A DNA stretch of 64,000 nucleotides from Callorhinchus milii (taxonomy: Eukaryota): contig NW_024704743.1 in assembly GCF_018977255.1 (NCBI RefSeq), positions 94,800,001-94,864,000 on the forward strand, in the 5' to 3' direction. The notes beneath the pieces are model-generated. The model ran no database searches and had not been told where the DNA came from. It worked only from the letters and a program-made list of their open reading frames with translations. Positions 1-10,970 of this stretch are shown here, piece by piece; position 1 is the first letter of the stretch; each line of letters begins with the position of its first letter. Both the position numbers and the translations under genes were made by a program.

Positions 1-647
1 TGTGTGAGCACTTCCCACATGATATTCACTTTCAACTTGGACTTTGTGCAAATTCCTCCAACCCTGACCAGCATCTGCATTACAATAGTGGATTCAGAGA
101 GCAAAATTTAATCTTGAGCATTCGTAAAGTAAGGTTTCAGCCATAGCAAAACAAAAAAAAATTACCTTTCAGGTTTTCAATCTAAAATTTTGCACGTGCA
201 TTGGAAAACTTAAAAGATAACTCCAAAACCTCACTCAAAAAACACACAGGCAATAATCTAAGAAACCACTGTGATCTAAAATGCCACAATGATCAAAGAA
301 AGGGAAGGTTCAAGGGTATCAGGATTCAATGAAATGAAAAAAAATGCATTAGACTGACTTGGAAGTGGGGGCTGGGAAAAGCTATAATCTCTACCCCTCA
401 CCAACCCTCCACCCCACCCCGCCAGTCTTTTATTATGAAGTTGTCTATACTGATTTTAAATGTGATATAAACTTCTTGCTTTTATGTTCAGCCTGGTTTG
501 TCTCAAAGACAATAATCCTTGCATTTTGCCCACAAATATACAGTCAATTCACTCTACAGTCTATTCTGTGAAGCGTTTTGAGATGTCTAGAAGACGTGAA
601 ATGATATCAAATGCAAGGATTATTATCCTGAAGCTCAGTGGTTAGAG

Positions 648-962
648 TAATAATAATAATAATAATCCTTGCATTTGATATAGCGCTTTTCACGTCAGGA
701 GGACGTCCCAAAGCGCTTCACAGAACACACTGTAAAGTGAATTGACTGTATATTTGTGGGCGAACGCGGCAGCCAATTGCGCACAGCAATGTCCCACAAA
801 CAGTCATAGATTGAAAATGACCAATTTAATTATTGTTTTTAGTTTTGGAGGGATTATTATTAGGCGTGTGGAGTAAGGAAACTTGCCCAAGGTTTCGCCC
901 TGCCTGGAATTGAACTCAGGTCTCTCACTTGCAAAGCGAGTGCTCTAACCACTGAGCTACAG
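648..962 (-). mobile_element. tRNA-derived SINE, young short subfamily, nested in another SINE
   Basis: A-box (TAGCTCAGTGGTTAGAGC), B-box (GTTCAATTCC), L2-like 3' tail and (ATT)n end. Near-identical to 2076-2410 and 55707-56028. Confidence 0.9.
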
Positions 963-1250
963 TACTCGCCTCACAAGCAAGAGACCTGGGTTCGATTCCC
1001 TGCAGGGTGAAACCTTGGGCAAGTTTCCTTACTCCACACACCTAATAATAAACCCTCAAGAAAAAAAAACAATAATAAATTGGTCACTTCAATCCACGAC
1101 TGTTTGTGGGACACTGCTGTGCTCAATTGGCTGCCGCGTTTCGTCCACAAATATACAGTCAATTCATTTTACAATATATTCTATGAAGCGCTTTGAGACG
1201 TCTAGAAACGTGAAAAGCGTTATATCAAATGCAAGGATTATTATTATTAT
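963..1250 (+). mobile_element. tRNA-derived SINE (its head, 626-647, is separated by the nested insertion)
   Basis: gctcagtggttagag (to 647) continues as tactcgcctcacaagcaagagacc at 963. Ends in aaatgcaagg(att)n. Confidence 0.85.
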
Positions 1251-1549
1251 TGCATTTGATATTGCATGTTCGTGTTCATATGTAATTATGTGAAGTATAT
1301 CTGTGAAGCGTAACGACTGTATATTTGCAACAGCCATTTTGCACACAGCAAGGTCCCACAAACCGTTTTGAACACCAATTTATCTGTTAGATTGTTTGCC
1401 TGGCACCAGAGAAACACCCCNTTTTTTTTCAAATAGTGCAACATGGAAACCCAAGGGCTGGCCGAGACAGGCAAGGATGTGCCACCCCCCTAGACAATCC
1501 AGCAGCCTGTCAGAAAAGGAGGGAAAGAGAGAAAGAAAACCAGACAAGT

Positions 1550-2379
1550 CATGTTGATAGGGGATTCAGCTATTCGGTTTACAGACAGAATTCTGTGCAA
1601 ACTGGACCCAGAAAATCAAATGGTAAGTTGCCTCCCAGGCACACGAGTTGAGGATCTGATGTCCCACGTTGACAAAATGCTAGAGTGACCAGGTGAGGAA
1701 CCAATCGTGGTTGTCCATATGGGAAGAAATAACCTAGATAGAAGTAGACCAGAAGTCCTACATGCTAAATTCAGGGCACGAGGAAGGAAGCTAAAGGGAA
1801 AGATCTCAAGTGTAGTTTTTTCAGAAATACTCCCCATACCATGTACTAGTGAGGGGAGACACAGGGTAACAAAACAACTCAAGAGGAAAAAAAAGGCATT
1901 TAAGGCCATGTAGGAAAATGGCACAGAGGAAAGACGGACTCATTACCAGAAGGCATGCCAGGATCGTAAAAAAGGTATCAGAATGGCTAAGAAACAGTTT
2001 GAACTGATCGTGATAAGAAATGTGAAGGATAACAATAAAAAAGATTTCAGTTACATTCAAAGGAAAAGGACTTGTGTGGAGTCCTGTAGCTCAGTGGTTA
2101 GAGCACTCGCTTTGCAAGTGAGAGACCTGAGTTCAATTCCAGGCAGGGCGAAACCTTGGGCAAGTTTCCTTACTCCACACGCCTAATAATAATCCCTCCA
2201 AAAAAACAAAACAATAATAAATTGGTCATTTTCAATCTACGACTGTTTGTGGGACATTGCTGTGCGCAATTGGCTGCCGCGTTCGCCCACAAATATACAG
2301 TCAATTCACTTTACAGTGTGTTCTGTGAAGCGCTTTGGGACGTCCTCCTGACGTGAAAAGCGCTATATCAAATGCAAGG

Positions 2380-2411
<32 letters not shown>

Positions 2412-2880
2412 AAGAAAAACGAGGGATGGAATAGGGCCGTTGAAGGTGGGATCAGGTGAGGATATGACAAATGATGCTGCACAAGCTGCAGAAGTACTAA
2501 ATAAGTTTTTTTGCCTCAGTTTTTAGTAAATAGATGGGAAATTTATTGAATCTGGAAAGAGAACTCAGTGGTGTTGCAGAGGCACATTGTGACACTATAC
2601 ATATCATTACCACCATGGTTGCTGAACAACTATGCAAACTTAAGGTAAATAAATCCTAATGGCCAGATAAATTGCATCCAAGGATCCTTAAGGAACTAAG
2701 GGAAGAAATTGGAGGAACTCTGGATACTGGAGAGGTGCCTGGGGACAGCAGAAACGCAGATGGTACTCTTAGTACAGACTAGGGAGTTTGATTTCCATTG
2801 TGGGTGAAGTTTTAGAGAGTCTTATTACAAATAAGATCATGGAGCATCTGGGCAGTATTAAAATGATAAAAGATAACCAT
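1550..2880 (+). mobile_element. Decayed CR1-type LINE remnant (ORF1 SGNH-esterase-like and ORF2 pieces), interrupted by a SINE
   Basis: Degenerate IGDS, CLPG and VVVHMGRNNL esterase blocks at 1550-1740, then YIQRKR..TRDGIGPL, AEVLNKFF and PDKLHPRILKEL ORF2 motifs, with many disruptions. Confidence 0.75.
2076..2410 (+). mobile_element. tRNA-derived SINE, full length, young subfamily
   Basis: gtggagtcctgtagctcagtggttagagc head, L2-like tail and (att)n. Confidence 0.92.
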
Positions 2881-3368
2881 TATAACAAGTTCTACATTTT
2901 TTCAACCTGCTAATCCTTGGTTTAATGTGTTCTATTTCACCAAATGTGCTGCAAAAATATCAAATCTGTATATTTATTTTGTGAATATTTATAATAATCA
3001 TTGCATTTGACATAACTCCTTATCGTTTTGAGACATCTCGAAGATGTGATGAGGCGCTATATCAAATGCAAGAATTATTATTAATATCATGTCATCAAAA
3101 TACCTCAAAGACCTTCACAGGATGTACAGGAAAAAGTGACCATGTGTTTTCTAGGCAAACCTGACAGCCAATTGGCACACAGCAACATCTGACAAACAGC
3201 ATGAAGACAGCCCACTTATGTCTCTGAAGCAGGAGGGCTACCAACAAAGCCAGAGTGACACCTAACAGTAACAAAATGGATGAACTATAACAGATTCTAA
3301 AGCAAACGTAACAATTTTTTTGAGCATTGTGTTCTAATTGTTGATCAGCAGTACTGTATCACTAATTA

Positions 3369-4785
3369 ATAACAACAACAAATTAAATTTGTTCAGTGTG
3401 TTTCACGTCAGGAGGCCGTCACAAGATGCTGGCGTTAGGGATCCATACCCGAGCTGGTGTTTGGGATCAAGAGGGGTGGACGGCAGGGAGGGTAGGCGTA
3501 GGAGGGTGACAGAAGGCACGATCGAAAAGGAAGGGCTTGAAATGGATCTTGAAGGAGGCAAGGGAGGAGCGAGGCGGAGGGACTGTGGGATGGAGTTCCC
3601 AGAGAGGCTGAAGGCCTGCCCACCAATGGTGGGGCGGGCAAGACTTGGGACGTGAAGCAGGGCAGAGCCCGCTGAGCAGAGGGAGCAGACAGATTGGGAA
3701 GGGTTAGGAGGTTACAGAGGTACGGATGAGCGAAGCAGTGAAGAGCTCTGAAGGTGAGAACCAGGATCTTAAACTGTATCCCCTGTGTGATGGGGAGCCA
3801 GTGGAGTTGGGCAACAATGAGGGTGATAGGATCATGGAGCCTGGTGGGAAGAGGATGGGCTGCAGTGTTCTGGGTGATCTGCAGTCTGTGAAGGGAGGAG
3901 TTGGGGAGGCCAACAAGCAGGGAGTTTGAGGAGTCGAGCCTAGATGTCACAAATGCGTGGATGAGGGGCTCATTGGCCTGTGGTGAAAGACAGTGATGGA
4001 GCCAGGCAATGTTGCAGAAGTGGGGAAAAGCGGAGCGGGTCATGACACAGATATGGGGGATGAAGGACAGTTGAGGGTCCAACAGGATGCTGAGGTTCCG
4101 TATTGGCTACATGAGATGTAGTGTGTGCATCCATGAAGGGTGATGCTGTCAGCGCGAGAGGTATGGAGGTAATGACAACAGCGGGAGGGGGGGGGCTCTT
4201 CAGGGGGGCCTCAATCAGGGGGGCCTCAGACTTGTTGATATTCAACTGGAGAAAGTTAACTTGATGTCTGACAGGCAGTTTGTGAGTCCAGCAGTGGTCC
4301 TGGAGTCGAGAGAGAGAGAGTTAGAGTTGGGTGTCATCCTCATACATGTGGAAGTTAATCCCATGTCTGTGGATGATGTTACCAAGGGGGAGCATGTATA
4401 TGTTGAAAAGGAGAGGACCAAGGACAGAGCCCTGAGGGACGCCACACTTGATGGTGCGGGGGTTGGAGGAGAAAGCCGTTTGTGGAGACAAAGTAGAGAT
4501 GGTGGGAGAGGTAGGATTTGAATCAGGCAAGGACAGGTCTGTGAAGTTTGAGCTGAGAGGAGAGGCGGTGAAGGAGGATAGAATGGTTGATTGTGTTGAA
4601 GGCAGCAGAGAGATTGAGGAGGACAAGGAGGCAGAGTGAGCCTTGGTCGCCCTGGACAGAATGTCGTTCGTGACTTTGACCAGGGTTTTTTCCGTTCTGT
4701 GTGCAGCACGGCAACTCGATTGGAGGTTGTTTGTAGAGGGAATGGCGGAAGAGGAAAGAGCAAAGCTGGGAAGTGACGACACATT
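3369..4785 (-). mobile_element. L2 LINE, 5'-truncated RT and 3' end
   Basis: ORF pieces with [31 protein letters not shown] and LHWLPI, plus a (gtt)n tail. Confidence 0.9.
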
Positions 4786-6529
4786 AGTGAGAAGGTAACT
4801 GAACGGGTCCTAACTTTCTACAGATCTATGTTGTGAATGGTGAACACATAACAGGGAGCTGTGATGGAAGAATTCAGCATCAACGAACAGCCTGACTAAT
4901 TGCAGACACAGCACCTTCAAGTCACTGGTTGGTTTTCCCATTACACCACCACCCATTGTTTCCAAAACTGTTTGCAAGAGGGAAGGAGAAAGTGTCTTTG
5001 TAAGTTTGGAATGGAAAGGTGAGAGTGATACAAGGCTACCTGACTTTAAAATCAGATGATGGATTCTACAAATGCTCACATTTATGACTTTGTGGCTGGA
5101 TGAAAGAGACAAGAGACTGAATCATACAGGATTGGGGAGTGATGGAATCAACAACTGCTTTATATTAGTGATACATTCTTATGTTAGTATATAAAATACT
5201 GATTGGGATAGAGAAAATAAAGTCAGGCCAATACTTTCAGATAAGCCAAGGCAGCAGCCAGGACAAGATAGCATTGGTTCAGGGTTTTGAAGGGCAATTT
5301 TAGCACAAACCTGAGGAAGTATTACTTCACACAGAGGCTTTCAGCGCTCCGGGACGCTACCCCACGTGAAAGGCGCTATATAAATGCAAGATGTTGTAGT
5401 CGTTGTCAATGGGTGGAACAGGTTACTGGGAAGAGTGGAAGAGGTCAGGACACTGGTCTCATTTAAGAAACAACATGTTATCGTAATAGGAAAATTGTAC
5501 TGTTTGAATTCTTGAAAGAATTATATCAATTGGGCTGAAGTTATTCATTCATCCAGCCAGGAGCAACAGTTCTCCCCACAGCTTTAAAAGGGGTTCAATT
5601 AAAATTTAAAAACACTGGAAATTTACCAAGATGAAAATGAATGCAATGCAGATAATATCCGGGGGGTCTCGGGTGTTCTAGGATCCTGGGTGATTAACAC
5701 TTCAACCAATAGTCCAGTGAGAGTTCAACTATGTGTAAGGACTGATTCTTTCAGTCAATAGCTGAGAGTTCAGGCTGTGTTGAAAACTTCCAAACGTTTG
5801 AAAGTGAAGCAGCTTCATAGCCTGGGGGAGAAGCTAGAGTTCTCATTACATGTTGATGAGAATACAGGTCATATAAGTGTTATATGCTCGGGTCCAAAGC
5901 ATGCCAAACTTTCAAAGTTTAGACACTATCAAATATAATTTAGATGTTGATTTTTTCAAAACAAATACAGAAGTTCTACAAACATCAAATATTTTTCTGT
6001 AACATGACTGTTTTGGGGATTTGGAATTGATTTGCGATACTGTAGGTCTGTACTTGAAAGAAACTAGGAATTGAAGGAGTGTTCCTGCATATAGAAGGGA
6101 GTAATGGGAAAGAAATCTCTAACATAATTCAACACGGTAACATCTTCTGTTGCATCTGGTACAAGTACAATCAAGACGTGACTTAACATGTTAATGGAAA
6201 TTGGATCAAATACTGAGATGACAAATTACTTTACTTCCAGGAAATAAGGAAATAAGGTTTCTCCAGGCACACCTGGCTGCACTGTTGATTTCCAGCATAT
6301 TCTCTTTCAGAAGGAATCCGCAAGATTATAAACCAGAATAGATTTTCAGAAGTCTTGATAAACCAAGTCTTCCTACCGAGGTGACATTTATAACTTTTTT
6401 TGCTGTTAGCGTGAATTCCTGTTTTTAAATATTGCAGGGTGGAGTGGGGGGTGATATTAATGTGTCTGTAACTGGTTGTGTAGTGTACTAGCTGTAACTG
6501 TGTGACTGGTAACGTATAGATTCATCATT

Positions 6530-6910
6530 TCAATTCCTTAAACCTCCTACCACTCTGACCTGCTGACTCCCTACCAACCTGCTCGTTCCCTTTGTTCAGC
6601 GGGCTCCGGCCTGCTCTATGTCTCCCGCCTGACCCGCCCTACCATCGGTGGCCGGGCTTTCAGCCTCTCTGCCCCCACACTCTGGAAGTCCATCCCACAG
6701 TCCCTTTGCCTCGCTTCCTCCCCTGCCTCCTTCAAGGCCGATCTCAAGACCCTTCTCTTCTTTGGTCTCCCTCCCACCTCACCGCCTTCCCTCACCCCTA
6801 CACCACCCCTCCCCCATGCTCGGGCCCCGACACCTGACTGTTCAGAGCTTTGGGACGTCCTCCTGACATGAAAGGCGCTCTATAAATGTAATTTTGTTGT
6901 TTTTGTTGTA
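6530..6910 (+). mobile_element. L2 3' fragment
   Basis: C-rich L2 ORF2 end and gggacgtcctcctgacatgaaaggcgct...ttgttg tail. Confidence 0.8.
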
Positions 6911-7185
6911 AACAAGAGCAGGAGTCCTTAACCATTGGGAAAGAGGAAAGAAGGGGAAAGCTTTGTTCAAACTTGGAGAGAGAAATACTTGTTCTCCCAA
7001 AATGCAAGTGCAAACCTATACCACTCTTTAGTGGCTGTCTCGTAAGAACCATCAGACACTTGAGCCTTTATTGTCTGCCTAATATCTTGATCAAGAGGAA
7101 TAAAAGACCAAAAAATTAATCATTACTATACAGTGCCCTTATTGCCTTTTACAATACAGTAAAAATTATGTTAATAAATACTCAC

Positions 7186-7188
7186 CTT
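7186..7188 (-). CDS. ASXL3: Candidate 3-nt microexon (AAG) of ASXL3
   Basis: Minus strand: ttattttctttttttctgcttcatcattctggattccccctcatctcctggtaacatggattag|AAG|gtgagt. It has a pyrimidine tract, an AG acceptor and a consensus donor. Inclusion after exon 2 gives ATG AG/A AG/N = M-R-(S), like the KEMRSG junction that the 3-nt exon creates in ASXL1. Confidence 0.7.
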
Positions 7189-7309
7189 CTAATCCATGTT
7201 ACCAGGAGATGAGGGGGAATCCAGAATGATGAAGCAGAAAAAAAAGAAAATAATGAATCCCACAGAATGTACAGCATAAGCAATTTAGATACAATAAATA
7301 ATCATTGAT

Positions 7310-7735
7310 TTGGTATGGTGACTTTCAGGTCAGAAGGAAGTTCCAAAGCGCTTCACAGAATGTATTGTAAAGTGCAGTGACTGTATGTTTTATGGGCGAA
7401 CGTGTAAGCCAATTTTGCGCACAACAATGTCCCACAAACAGCCATGAAGTAAATGACCAATTTTACTTGGGGGATGGATTGTTGTCCAGGACACTGACGG
7501 AAGCTCCCTTCTCTTTTTCAACAGTGCAATAGAATTTTTATTGTCCACCTGAACAGATAGTGCCGTAATCAATGTCTCATCTGAAGGACGGCACCTCTGA
7601 CAATGCAGCACACCACCAGTACTGCATTGTCATGCCAGCTTAGACAATATGAGTTTCAAGTTACAACGTGGGGCTTGAAACCACAACCTTCTGACTCAGA
7701 GAAGAGAACACTACCAACTGAGCCAGACCGACACA
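7310..7735 (-). mobile_element. Deu-domain SINE (SacSINE1-like), old
   Basis: Minus strand has a tRNA-like head (ctgagtcagaaggttgtggtttcaagcccca) and Deu-like core gtgctgcattgtcagaggtgccgtccttcagatgagac. Related copies at 23385-23795 and 55066-55505. Confidence 0.75.
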
Positions 7736-8667
7736 CTACACTACATACATAGAATACAAATATTTATGTAAGAGAAAATTTCTGTTAATATAAATGTAAA
7801 ATTGTTGTTGTTTTCACACATTGTTAGCTTCAGCAAATTTTGTATTCAGTGCTTACTGAAGAAAATCCTATTCCCATTATATGTGAAACACAAAACAAAT
7901 CACTACAGTTAGCAAACAGCTCCTTATAATTGCATATGCCTAGCTCTTTTTCTCTCTTCCCCTTCTCTATGGTTCTTTCATGTTGCTGCCTCTTAGGAGT
8001 CTTTCTCTTACTTTTCAACACGCCTCCCCCATCCCCCCCTCCCCATCCAAACTCTACTTTGCTGAACATCAGCCACTTCATACTGAGCTCGAAACAAAAT
8101 TGGGCAAATAGTTTTTTCAAAAGAAAAAACAAAAGTGCATGAAAATGTATGGCTACAAAAATAAATCATACTGGGTGGGAAAAATGGATATGCACTTAAA
8201 CCTTCAAATCAAGACAGAGAAGTGAAGTCCGTCATGTGATAACTCAAATTGTTTTACCGCATATTTTAATAGATTAGGGGATCTGGAGGAAATAAACTGG
8301 GGACAAATTCAAAACAGAAGCCGGATTCATCTTTGACCCAAAGAATATCCACCTGGGTCTAGACCTAATCTATTAATGTAACAATTTCCAATGCCCCAAA
8401 TTTGACAAACTGTTGAATTTATTCTCAACTTGGAAGTTAACTTTCTCCAGTTCTTCCAAAAAAAAGGAAAATTAAGGTTGTATTTAAGAATTTTCCAAAT
8501 TCTGGAAATGCTAAGATGCCACATTAATAGAGTAAATTTAGACCTGGGTGGAATTTCTCCCCAGAAGAGAGTAATAATTGATAGAAAAATCAATGGACCA
8601 TATGCTTGCCAAGGATAAAGAAAGACATTTTATAGGAGCCAGAAAGTTGTCAGCAGTCAGTAAAATA

Positions 8668-8912
8668 CAACAACAAGATTACATTTGTATAGCGCCTTTC
8701 ACGTCGGGAGGACCTCCCAAGGTGCTGGACAGTGTACAGCATTTCAGACCCGAGCTGGGGTCAAGGGGGAGAAGGGAGGGGAGAGGGGTGACCGATGGCA
8801 TGGTCGAAGAGGAGGGTTTTGAGGCGGGACTTGAAGACAGCTAAGGAGGGGGTGAGGCGGAGTGATTGGGGGATGGAATTCCAGCAGTTGGGGGCAGAGT
8901 GGCTGAAGACTC
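8668..8912 (-). mobile_element. L2 3' fragment
   Basis: FSHSAPNCWNSIPQSLR..FKSRLKTLLF and L2 tail. Confidence 0.8.
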
Positions 8913-9325
8913 TCATGGTGTCCCATAGTGTAGTGGTTGGGGCACTCGCCACCCACATTTAGGCAGGTTTTCTTACTCCACACCATTCTGTTTACCTAGC
9001 AGTAAGTAGGAACCCGGTTGTTGGAATCTGCTCCCTGGAACTCTCTCTCAAAGTGACTTTGCTTTGCTTCTTCTGTCTTCAATACCCTCTTGCTGCCTTC
9101 AATACCCTCTTTAAAAACTTCTGACCATACCTTTGGTCAACACCCTTAAATTCTATTTATTCTCATTCCTACCTATCATCTATCTGAAGAGCTTTGAGGC
9201 ATTTACCCCGCTAGAAATGTGCTGTGTAAGTGCAACTTGTTGAAATCTACAACCTCCCCCTCTTCTCCCCTTCCAAAAGTTCATAAGTTCAGTCGGTTAT
9301 AAATGTAACATTATTACCTACTAAC

Positions 9326-9408
9326 CTCATTTCTTTCAAGCCTTCTTTCTGAATGACTTGCAATATCTGTTTTGGTGTCATTGGTGCGTTGGGATGTTTT
9401 TCCAGTAC
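9326..9408 (-). CDS. ASXL3: ASXL3 coding exon 2
   Basis: ttcag|GTACTGGAAAAACATCCC...GAAATGAG|gttagt. 83 nt, phase 0 to 2, translating [27 protein letters not shown], a clear ASXL-family HARE-HTH sequence in frame with exon 1. Confidence 0.95.
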
Positions 9409-10970
9409 CTGAAGTAGAACAAACAAATTAGTATTAGGTAAAGAACACAAAATACAGTCAATCCACTTTGCAGTATATCTTGAGCTCTGAGATGCTCAAT
9501 GACATGAAAGACACTATATCAAATGCAAGGATTATTAATATTAATATTAAGAAACAAAGATTAACACAGCAGATTAACATTATCAAAGGCATTTCAAATC
9601 GTATTATATTCACAGTTTACTTTCAGCCTGTCGTCGAAGCATTTTGATGGCAAAATATTAAAACTCAAAATTGTTACTCTTCAAAAGACATGTTAACAAT
9701 GTGCAGAACACATACAATAATGCAACAATCCTAACAGAACAGATGATGCAACAAGGAGCTATAAAGGGCTTCAAAAATAAACTAGATACATTCCTAGAAA
9801 TTAAAAGGCTTCAGGGTTATTATGATTATGGATTATTATTATTATTATTATGTGGTAAGACAGATGTGTTGAAGGAATAGTTTAGGAAGTTGGACGGGTA
9901 GGAAAGATGGACTCGTGCCTGTAGCTGTTACTATCCCTAAGGGAACACCACTATTAGGCTAACAAGCACATTTGAAGATAGGAATCCTTCTACCATGTTT
10001 AAGAGGTAAAAGTTTGTAAATCAGAAACATTTAATGTCCTTTGCATGATAATTGCCAGTCAACAATTGTCAGTCAACAATGGTGTCGGTCTCTTTCAATG
10101 AGAAACAGTACTGACATTGCACTCAAGGTCGCTGTGGTCTGGTCTGTGGATTTGTTAGCAAAGTCCAAAAATAGTCAAAATTCAATTACTGTACCCTTCT
10201 CACGTCAGCAGCAACTGTGGCGAGAAGAGAACAAAGCTGAGCTCCTCAGTCACCCATGACACCCAGGGGATTGGGCAGCAGAATGCTGGGTAAGAACAAA
10301 ACTCTGATGGGGAGCACTGATGCAATCAAGTCTCAAAGCTTTGACAGCAAAGCTGTAAGAGGACTGTCTCTGCTAGCGATTCCACAGTTTTGTTACATTA
10401 CAGTGCATCTTTCTGCAATGCCACAAGGTGGGGCAGTCAAAGCATCATCTCGCCTCTAAATCAAAAGGCTGTGAAGCAATGAACATCCCAATATTGCATT
10501 TGTTAATCTGTCTCCACCCTTTAAAGAACTGTGGACACTGTTTCGAAAGAGAGCAATAAGTTTTTTTGTCACAATAGTGTTAAGCGTAATGTGCTATGTG
10601 GGACATGGCTATACGTTAATTGTCCTCCCCATGTTGCCTTCAAAATATACAATCCCTATATCTTACTGTAATCATGTGCTTTGAAATGTCCTCCTAACGC
10701 GAACAGGGCTATATCAAATGCAAAGATTATTATTATAAAATCAACAGATAAACTATAGAAATTTATGACACAGAAGAAGACCATTCAGCTTATTGAGATC
10801 ACTGAAAGAATAAGGGAATGGTCAAGTAATTATAGTTTCAACAACAACAACTTGCATTAGTATAACCCCTTTCGCGTCAGGACGACGTCCAAAGGCTCTT
10901 GACAGTCGAGCTGTAGGGTCGATTCGGGAGGGGTGGGAGGATTCAGGAGAAGGTTTTCTGTTATGAAATT

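Noticed and set aside
160..240. Minus-strand donor-like site as the next ASXL3 exon
   Set aside because: No SGTSPLACLNAML-like coding sequence upstream of it. That exon must lie left of the window.
2076..2150. tRNA genes at SINE heads (also 890-962, 17510-17584, 40725-40800, 55955-56028)
   Set aside because: A and B boxes are present, but I see no proper acceptor stem and each continues into SINE body and tail.
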